Of a stretch of 32,000 nt of DNA, positions 10,555-19,415 are shown piece after piece (within the stretch, counting starts at the first letter, position 1; each line of letters starts with the position of its first letter). The notes beneath the pieces are model-generated. The model saw only the letters and a program-made list of their open reading frames with translations, was not told the DNA's origin and did no database searches. Made by a program: the position numbers and the translations under genes. The stretch lies in NCBI GenBank assembly GCA_965227835.1, contig OZ245768.1:990001-1022000 (forward strand). Direction: 5' to 3'. The stretch comes from Candidatus Saccharimonadota bacterium. GTDB taxonomy: Bacteria; Patescibacteriota; Gracilibacteria; BD1-5; UBA6164.

Positions 10555-10594
10555 TAAAAATATGATTAATTTTCTAATTTTCATTTTAAAGTAA

Positions 10595-10861
10595 TTATTT
10601 AATTAGCTCCTTTATTTCTATAGTAAAATTATAAGTTTCTCCATCCAATTCAGTTTCATGGTAATATCACATTGAATTTAATGATTCAATTATCTTTCTA
10701 TAGTCTATGATGTTATTTGAATATTCAGCTTCTTTTGGAAAGTTATATAAATCTGATAATCTTAATACGCTATATAGTTTTCAGTCTTCAGATTTATATA
10801 GATATCTTTGAACCCATATATTGTGTATTGAAAAAAACAAATCAAATTCAAATTCTGATAA
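10595..10861 (-). CDS. Small open frame (about 88 codons, no ATG; possible TTG start); intact only in cassette B
   Basis: Reads ...FFSIHNIWVQRYLYKSEDGKLYSVLRLSDLYNFPKEAEYSNNIIDYRKIIESLNSMGYYHETELDGETYNFTIEIKELIK*. The cassette A copy is split by the IS200 insertion between ...RKII and ESL.... It is in frame with the upstream remnant, separated by a single TAA. Confidence 0.3.
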
Positions 10862-11120
10862 TTAGAAACTCATACTTTCTTTGATTTTTTCTCACTTTTC
10901 ATTCAACTTATAATCCGTAATATCAATCTTCTCTCCTTTTTTAATATTATAATTCTTATATTCTTCTAGTATACTATTTCTTTTATTTTCATATTCTTCT
11001 TTTAGATCATATAGTTCTTTTTTTATTCTTTTTCTTTTTCATCGTATTTTTTCCATTTCCGTATCAATTTGACTTGACTCAAAGATTCTGTGTATCTCGT
11101 TGAGTTTATTTGTATTGTTT
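10862..11120 (-). pseudogene. Nested toxin-linker remnant (copy B)
   Basis: Identical to 5970..6228 at an offset of 4892, including the same internal TAA. Confidence 0.45.
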
Positions 11121-11987
11121 ATATATATCTTCAGTCTCTTTTTCCCATTTCTCTATTCAATCTCTCCGGTCTCTTAACATCTCATAAAAATTATCAAAAT
11201 CTATCTTTATATCTTCTTTGTATAATCATATTACCCATATAAAATCTAAATGTTTCTTTGAAACTTTAAATCTTATCATACCTATATAAAATTCAACTAC
11301 ATTTTTATCTCATTCTTTTACATCCTCTAATAATGAAATTATTTCTTGTATGTATAATAGGGATATGTCTTTCATATTTGTTACTATTTCACAATAAAAA
11401 CCTGTATGTGGATCCATTATATAACTGTCATTCTGCATACTATGAGATTTAAAGCCTAAATCTGGTTTTTGATTTTCATAATGAACTATTGCATAGTCAA
11501 TATGAAATATTTCAGGGGGTATCCATATATCTCCATCATATGATTCATTATATATAGATCTCTTACAAAAAGGTCATCCTTTTGTCTTTCATGTCTCTTT
11601 TTCCCAAGCGTCTATATAGTCACTCCAATCTCTCATCATATGTAAAATATCTTCTATTTTTAAGTCTGTTACTATATAATCATCTGCATAATTGTATGTA
11701 ATAGTTACCTCAGAGTTAGGGTACTTTTCTCCATAATATCATTTTCATTTTTGATAACACCAAATTAATGTAGTTTCAAATCAAAATATAAACTTCTCTC
11801 TCCTTCATTGACTCACTTCTTCAAGTTTACTTACTATCTCTCGAATGTCATATGATCATAGCTGGTTTAGTTCTGTATTTAATAAATAGGGATCGTTACT
11901 TTCTTTCTCTTTTCAAATTCAATCTACCTTAATTTGAATAAATGGATTAACATTTGTTACAAAATAGTATTCAATTTTATTTAACAT
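11106..11987 (-). CDS. Putative cognate immunity protein of the EndoU-like orphan toxin (copy B)
   Basis: Same sequence as 6214..7095 at an offset of 4892. ATG lies 5 nt after the toxin stop. Confidence 0.55.
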
Positions 11988-11992
11988 AATTT

Positions 11993-13960
11993 TTAATCAA
12001 TAATAGGATAAAAAGTTCTTAATTCTTTTGTTCTCTCTATATATACAAACTCAATATTTATTCCATCAACTGTTGATGGTCACTTAAATATATTTAAACC
12101 TAGTCAGGTAGCATTTGGGTCTGCTAATCCCTTATTATTTTCTATTGCATAAGTTACTTCATCTATAATCTTTTGCTTACTCCAGCTATCTGGGAAAAAC
12201 GAAGAATTTCATACAGGTTTTCATCATTTTTTTGTTAAAGTATTATTATTTCCATAATCTATAACTACTTTTGCACTGTAAGGTTCATTCCAAGTATCAA
12301 TTGATTTGTCTATATTTTCTAATTTAGCTACTCATTGCTGGTTACTTTTATTATAATGAGTTATTGCCTTTTGAGAATGAACTCAGTTGAAAGTTCAGTC
12401 TGACTTAAACTTAATCTCTACAATATGATCTATCTTTCATTCTACTTTCTTCCTTACATCTTTCACATATTTTACTCATTTGAATGATTTTCGTATAAGT
12501 GATTGTTCTCGTACTTTCTTCAAAAACTTCCCCAAACTCAACTTATTCTTCATTTTCACTATATCTCCTATATCATCCAGTTTATATTCCTTAGCAATCT
12601 CTTTTGCTACTTCAAGTATCTCTTCAATCTTCATTCATAGCTCTTTTGATAATTTCTCTAGAGATTTATTTAATAATTCTCTTGCTCATAATCAGCTTCA
12701 TGCACCACTTGCTAATCATATTATTGTTAGAGTCTTTCAGAGTGTTCATAATTCATCACCTGTTATTGGATCTTTTCAGATAACTAGTGTTAATATATCA
12801 TATCACTCTCATACAATTGGGATTAGTGATACTATTATACTTGTTGTATTTCAATATTCTTCTTTTAGATCATATAGTTCTTTTTTTAATTCTTTTTCTT
12901 TCTCATCGTATTTTTTCCATTTCCGTATAAGTTTGACTTGACTCAAAAATTCTGTGTATCCTGTTGAGTTTATTTGTATTATTTCTTGTTTTGTTGGTTG
13001 TTCTTTTGTTTTTGATTCAATGTTTGCTATGGATGTATTATCATATCTTGCTATTAATCTTTCTTTGTAATAGGTGATTTTGTTATTTCTTTTTATGTAG
13101 GGTTTAAAATTATTACATATTTCACAATTTTGTTTTGAATATCATACTATATATATTCCATCTTCCCTTTTTTCTAGTTTTTGTCTTTTAATTTCTCAGT
13201 TTTTTGTTTGATATTCAACTCATACTTCTTCCAGAGTTTTTGGGTTTGTGTTTATTTTAAATTTAAATCCTCATATTATTTCATCTATTAGGTTTTCTAT
13301 GAAGTATTCTATTTCTATTAGATTTTTTTCTTCATTCGTGGTTTCTTTGGTATTTTCATTTTTTCCCTCTTCATCACTATCTTTTCAACTCTCAAGATTC
13401 TCTCATCATAACACTTTCAATAAAACACTTTCCTTATTTCATTCTCTATCTTCCATTCATATTATAACTTCTCATACTTCTATAGCCTTTATCTCAATAT
13501 AGTTTGTTTCAAAATAATTTACTGGGTTGCTACTATACTTTTTATATAATAATGCCTTATTATTAGTCTTGGTTAATTGTATGTGTCAGTTACTTTCATA
13601 TATTGGAAGTAGATATTTTTCTCAGATTTCTAGTTCTAATTCTTTATCTCTTTGAGAGATTACTAGATTTGTGTCTTTTATTTCAACTTCTATTTTTGCT
13701 TCTTGTCCGTATTTATCAAATATCTTTGCTTTGGTTTCTCATTTCTTTTTTCCTTTGATTTTTATTTCTCAGTCTTTGTCTACATCAAAATATATTATTT
13801 CTTCGTTGTATTCTCAATTTTTGTATCATCATCATCAGTCTAGTATTTTTCATTGGTATTTCTCATTTTCTTTTAATACTACTTTGTTTTTGTCTAACTT
13901 TATTTTAGGGGTTTTGTCTTTTATCTTTACTTTGAATTTAATCCGTTTCAAACATCTTTT
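11993..13960 (-). CDS. Orphan toxin module B: two Ig-like repeats, junction segment, PT-TG-like domain and EndoU-like nuclease; no start codon
   Basis: A stop-to-stop frame of 655 codons that opens directly after TAA 13961-13963. It begins ...KVKIKDKTPKIKLDKNKVVLKENEKYQGKILDGGGGYKNGEYNEEIIYFDVDKDGEIKIKGKKKGETKAKIF.... This stretch is near-identical DNA to 20820-21280 of the full-length toxin. From 13267 down it matches module A. Confidence 0.7.
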
Positions 13961-14017
13961 TTAAGTTCCAAAATTACTTAATGTTTATACCCAGCTTCTC
14001 TCACTTGTGTATCACTA

Positions 14018-14554
14018 CTATGAAAATCTCTCAAGGTTATTCATTCTTTTCAATCTCGTTTTTTTAACGATCCCAGTCATTTTCGTATAAAGTAAATAAT
14101 ACTCACAGCATTTCAAAACTCTCTCTCTAGTATCATCAAAAGAAAGCCATTCTCTCTTTATATCCTCTATAGCTTGCTTTGATTCTTCTTGTGTATATTC
14201 TTTTGATTTTACTAATTTATATTCTTTTAAATTTTCTCAATCTTTTTCTAATTCATGATATAATATTTTTATTTTCAATTTCCCATCTCTGAGTAAAGGA
14301 TAGAGATAGTCTAGGGTAAGGTCTAGTTGTTTTTCTCTATTGTATTTAATCTTTTCATACTCTTTATCTGTTATATTTTCTCACCAAAATTCATTTAATC
14401 ATACTGAATATTTATTTTCATATAAATCATAAACTACTACTGCTCTTCTTTCCTTGAATGAAAATCAGTCGCATATTCAATGTCTATCTATTATTTCATT
14501 TCAGTATCAATCTTTCGGAATTATTAGTCAATTAGTGTAAGCTTTTTTTAACAT
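14018..14554 (-). CDS. Array paralog 1 (putative immunity protein, 178 aa)
   Basis: Starts MLKKAYTNGLIIPKDGYGNEIIDRHGICDGFSFKERRAVVVYDLYENKYSVGLNEFW (N-type a). Contains ...LDLTLDYLYPLLRDGKLKIKILYHELEKDGENLKEYKLV... (short middle). (CT)5 at 14119-14128. Ends ...YYLLYTKMTGIVKKTRLKRMNNLERFS* inside the conserved box. Confidence 0.65.
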
Positions 14555-14566
14555 ATTAAAATATTT

Positions 14567-15235
14567 CTATTTAGGTAATAAAAATTTTATCTCACTAGGT
14601 CAATCTATTCATCATTCTTTCAATAAATCCATAGTAACTTCATGTCTATACCCAGCTTCTCTCACCTGCTTATCACTACTGTGAAAATCTCTCAAGGTTA
14701 TTCATTGCTTTCAGTTTCGTTTTTTTAACAATCCCATTCGTTTTCGTATAAAGTAAATAATACTCAACACATCTCAAAACTCTCTCTCTCTAGTATCTTT
14801 AATAGAAAGCCATTTTTTCTTAATATCTTCTATTACTTTTTGAGACTCTTTTTTAGTATACTCTGTATCATAAATCCAAGCTCAATCCCAATTAGAGTCC
14901 TGTAAGGAATTTTCAAAGTATTGCCTCCACCAATCATTAAGAGGGTTCTGTAATTCTTTTTTTAAATCTTTCTTAGTTTTTAAAAGTTTTTTAGTTTTTA
15001 CTTTCAACTTTCCATCTCTGAGTAAAGGATAGAGATAGTCTAGGGTAAGGTCTAGTTGTTTTTCTTCTGGTATTCTATTATATGTTCCTTTCGGCATATC
15101 ACATAACCAAAATTCATTTAATCATTTTGAATATTTATTTTCATATAAATCATATAAAAAATATTCTATTCATTCTTTATCTGTAAATCACTCTGTTATT
15201 CAATATATATCTTTTATGTCTTTTATTTTTTTCAT
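14567..15235 (-). CDS. Array paralog 2 (222 aa), frame-shifted into the toxin-tail frame
   Basis: Starts MKKIKDIKDIYGITEGFTDKEGIEYFLYDLYENKYSKGLNEFW (N-type b), with the long middle segment (track ORF 14882..15097 is part of it). (CT)6 at 14780-14791 makes the ORF continue as ...GITLRDFHSSDKQVREAGYRHEVTMDLLKEGGIDGPSEIKFLLPK*. Confidence 0.6.
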
Positions 15236-15369
15236 AATTCTATTGATTAGGAAGTAAAAACTTTATTTCAATCCCTTCTCATCTTAATTTTTGTAGTTTT
15301 CAATCTTTCCACTTCAACAAATCTATAGTAACTTCATGCTTAAACCCAGCATCATTCACTTGCTTATCA

Positions 15370-15975
15370 CTACTGTGAAAATCTCTCAAGGTTATTCACT
15401 CTTTTCAATCTCGTTTTTTTAACGATCCCATTCATTTTCATATAAAGTAAATAATACTCAAGACATCTCAAAACTCTCTCTCTAGTATCTTTAATAGAAA
15501 GCCATTTTTTCTTAATATCTTCTATTGCTTTTTGAGACTCTTTTTTAGTATACTCTGTATCATAAATCCAAGCTCAATCCCAATTAGAGTCCTGTAAGGA
15601 ATTTTCAAAGTATTGCCTCCACCAATCATTAAGAGGGTTCTGTAATTCTTTTTTTAAATCTTTCTTAGTTTTTAAAAGTTTTTTAGTTTTTACTTTCAAC
15701 TTTCCATCTCTTAATAAGGGATATAAATATACCAATGTAAGATCTAGTTGTTTTTCTCTATCATCTTTAATCTTTTCCCATTCTTCACCTGTTATATTTT
15801 CTCACCAAAATTCATTTAATCATACTGAATATTTATTTTCATATAAATCATAAACTACTACTGCTCTTCTTTCCTTGAATGAAAATCAGTCGCATATTCA
15901 ATGTCTATCTATTATTTCATTTCAGTATCAATCTTTCGGAATTATTAGTCAATTAGTGTAGGCTTTTTTTAACAT
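15370..15975 (-). CDS. Array paralog 3 (201 aa)
   Basis: N-type a (MLKKAYTNG...), long middle (...KVKTKKLLKTKKDLKKELQNPLNDWWRQYFENSLQDSNWDGAWIYDTEYTKKESQKAIEDIKKKWLSIKD). (CT)5 at 15474-15483. Ends ...NNLERFSQ*. Confidence 0.65.
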
Positions 15976-16096
15976 ATTAAAATATTTCTATTTAGGTAAT
16001 AAAAATTTTATCTCACTAGGTCAATCTATTCATCATTCTTTCAACAAATCTATAGTAACTTCATGCTTAAACCCAGCATCATTCACTTGCTTATCA

Positions 16097-16588
16097 CTAC
16101 TGTGAAAATCTCTCAAGGTTATTCATTGATTTCAGTTTCGTTTTTTTAACGATCCCATTCGTTTTCGTATAAAGTAAATAATACTCAACACATCTCAAAA
16201 CTCTCTCTATAGTATCATCAAAAGAAAGCCATTCTCTCTTTATATCCTCTATAGCTTGCTTTGATTCTTCTTGTGTATATTCTTTTGATTTTACTAATTT
16301 ATATTCTTTTAAATTTTCTCAATCTTTTTCTAATTCATGATATAATATTTTTATTTTCAATTTCCCATCTCTGAGTAAAGGATAGAGATAGTCTAAAGTT
16401 AACAATAATGCTTCTTCTTCTGATATTCTATTATATGTTCCTTTCGACATATCACATAACCAAAATTCATTTAATCATTTTGAATATTTATTTTCATATA
16501 AATCATATAAAAAATATTCTATTCATTCTTTATCTGTAAATCACTCTGTTATTCAATATATATCTTTTATGTCTTTTATTTTTTTCAT
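16097..16588 (-). CDS. Array paralog 4 (163 aa)
   Basis: N-type b (MKKIKDIKDIYG...), short middle. (CT)4AT at 16201-16210, which has the same length as (CT)5. Ends ...NNLERFSQ*. Confidence 0.65.
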
Positions 16589-16757
16589 AATTCTATTGAT
16601 TAGGAAGTAAAAACTTTATTTCAATCCCTTCTCATCTTAATTTTTGTAGTTTTCAATCTTTCCACTTCAATAAATCCATAGTAACTTCATGTCTATACCC
16701 AGCTTCTCTCACTTGTGTATCACTACTATGAAAGTCTCTCAAGGTTATTCATTGATT

Positions 16758-17315
16758 TTAGTTTCGTTTTTTAACGATCCCAGTCATTTTCGTATAAAGT
16801 AAATAATACTCAAGACATCTCAAAACTCTCTCTCTAGTATCTTTAATAGAAAGCCATTTTTTCTTAATATCTTCTATTACTTTTTGAGACTCTTTTTTAG
16901 TATACTCTGTATCATAAATCCAAGCTCAATCCCAATTAGAGTCCTGTAAGGAATTTTCAAAGTATTGCCTCCACCAATCATTAAGAGGGTTCTGTAATTC
17001 TTTTCTTAAATCTTTCTTAGTTTTTAAAAGTTTTTTAGTTTTTACTTTCAACTTTCCATCTCTTAGTAAAGGATAGAGATAGTCTAGGGTAATGTCTAGT
17101 TGTTGTTCTCTATTATCTTTTATTTTCTCCCATTCCTCTTGAGTTATGGTACTATTCATAAAATAATTTAGTCACACCGACTGTTTATTCCAATACAAAT
17201 CATAAATAGTTACAATCTTACCATTTTCCTCATCCACAGAAAATCAATCACAAATACCATAAATATCTTTGATTCTTTCTTTTTCTAAAAATTTTTTAAA
17301 GTTATTATCCTCCAT
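16758..17315 (-). CDS. Array paralog 5 (185 aa)
   Basis: Starts MEDNNFKKFLEKERIKDIYGICDGFSVDEENGKIVTIYDLYWNKQSVGLNYF (N-type d), long middle (contains track ORF 16926..17159). (CT)5 at 16826-16835. A T6 rather than T7 run gives the earlier end ...GIVKKRN*. Confidence 0.65.
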
Positions 17316-17479
17316 AACACATATTATTGTTTAGGTAATATAAATTTTACTTCTTTTACCTTTCCAAATTCTCACTTATTGTTTGTCTTCAACAAATCCA
17401 TAGTAACTTCATGTCTATACCCAGCTTCTCTCACCTGCTTATCACTACTGTGAAAATCTCTCAAGGTTATTCATTGATT

Positions 17480-18049
17480 TTAGTTTCGTTTTTTAACGAT
17501 CCCAGTCATTTTCGTATAAAGTAAATAATACTCACAGCATTTCAAAACTCTCTCTCTAGTATCTTTAATAGAAAGCCATTTTTTCTTAATATCTTCTATT
17601 ACTTTTTGAGACTCTTTTTTAGTATACTCTGTATCATAAATCCAAGCTCAATCCCAATTAGAGTCCTGTAAGGAATTTTCAAAGTATTGCCTCCACCAAT
17701 CATTAAGAGGGTTCTGTAATTCTTTTCTTAAATCTTTCTTAGTTTTTAAAAGTTTTTTAGTTTTCACTTTCAATTTCCCATCTCTGAGTAAAGGATAGAG
17801 ATAGTCTAGGGTAATGTCTAGTTGTTTTTCTCTATTATATTTAATCTTTTCATACTCTTTATCTGTTATATTTTCTCACCAAAATTCATTTAATCATACT
17901 GAATATTTATTTTCATATAAATCATAAACTACTACTGCTCTTCTTTCCTTGAATGAAAATCAGTCGCATATTCAATGTCTATCTATTATTTCATTTCAGT
18001 ATCAATCTTTCGGAATTATTAGTCAATTAGTGTAAGCTTTTTTTAACAT
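17480..18049 (-). CDS. Array paralog 6 (189 aa)
   Basis: N-type a, long middle. (CT)5 at 17548-17557. T6 run, so it ends ...GIVKKRN*. Confidence 0.65.
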
Positions 18050-18205
18050 ATTAAAATATTTCTATTTAGGTAATAAAAATTTTATCTCACTAGGTCAATC
18101 TATTCATCATTCTTTCAATAAATCCATAGTAACTTCATGTCTATACCCAGCTTCTCTCACCTGCTTATCACTACTGTGAAAATCTCTCAAGGTTATTCAT
18201 TGATT

Positions 18206-18757
18206 TTAGTTTCGTTTTTTAACGATCCCAGTCATTTTCGTATAAAGTAAATAATACTCAAGACATCTCAAAACTCTCTCTCTAGTATCTTTAATAGAAA
18301 GCCATTTTTTCTTAATATCTTCTATTACTTTTTGAGACTCTTTTTTAGTATACTCTGTATCATAAATCCAAGCTCAATCCCAATTAGAGTCCTGTAAGGA
18401 ATTTTCAAAGTATTGCCTCCACCAATCATTAAGAGGGTTCTGTAATTCTTTTCTTAAATCTTTCTTAGTTTTTAAAAGTTTTTTAGTTTTCACTTTCAAT
18501 TTCCCATCTCTGAGTAAAGGATAGAGATAGTCTAGGGTAATGTCTAGTTGTTTTTCTCTATTATATTTAATCTTTTCATACTCTTTATCTGTTATATTTT
18601 CTCACCAAAATTCATTTAATCATACTGAATATTTATTATAGTATAACCTATATACAGTAACAATGATTCTATCTTTATCTGTGAATCAAGAACATATACC
18701 ATGAAAATCTTTTATTCACTTTTTTTCTAAAAATTCATTCAATTCATTATCTATCAT
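18206..18757 (-). CDS. Array paralog 7 (183 aa)
   Basis: Starts MIDNELNEFLEKKGIKDFHGICSGFTDKDRIIVTVYRLYYNKYSVGLNEFW (N-type c), long middle. (CT)5 at 18274-18283. Ends ...GIVKKRN*. Confidence 0.65.
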
Positions 18758-18934
18758 AATTCTATTTGTTAGGAAGTAAAAATTTCACCTCCTTTTCAAT
18801 TGGTTTTAACTCTCACTTATTGTTTGTCTTCAACAAATCCATAGTAACTTCATGCTTAAACCCAGCTTCTCTCATTTGTGTATCACTACTGTGAAAATCT
18901 CTCAAGGTTATTCATTCTTTTCAGTTTCGTTTTT

Positions 18935-19411
18935 TTAACGATCCCATTCATTTTCATATAAAGTAAATAATACTCAACACATCTCAAAACTCTCTCTCTC
19001 TCTAGTATCATCAAAAGAAAGCCATTCTCTCTTTATATCCTCTATAGCTTGCTTTGATTCTTCTTGTGTATATTCTTTTGATTTTACTAATTTATATTCT
19101 TTTAAATTTTCTCAATCTTTTTCTAATTCATGATATAATATTTTTATTTTCAATTTTCCATCTCTGAGTAAAGGATAGAGATAGTCTAGGGTAATGTCTA
19201 GTTGTTGTTCTCTATTGTCTTTAATCTTTTCCCTTTCTTCATCTGTTATATTTTCTCACCAAAATTCATTAAGTCATATTGAATATTTATTATAGTATAA
19301 CCTATATACAGTAACAATGATTCTGTCTTTATCTGTGAATCAAGAACATACACCATGAAAATCTTTTATTCACTTTTTTTCTAAAAATTCATTCAATTCA
19401 TTATTTATCAT
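18935..19411 (-). CDS. Array paralog 8 (158 aa), immediately downstream of the full-length toxin
   Basis: ATG at 19411, 4 nt after the toxin stop. Starts MINNELNEFLEKKGIKDFHGVCSGF (N-type c), short middle. (CT)7 at 18990-19003 puts the 3' end in the third frame, ending ...RERESFEMCGVLFTLYENEWDR*. Confidence 0.6.
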
Positions 19412-19415
19412 AATT

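Noticed and set aside
13500-13960. A diversity-generating retroelement (template/variable repeat pair), suggested by near-identical 13500-13960 and 20820-21280.
   Set aside because: There is no reverse transcriptase in the window. The few mismatches I saw are not restricted to adenine positions of one copy. The pair is explained by orphan-module homology.
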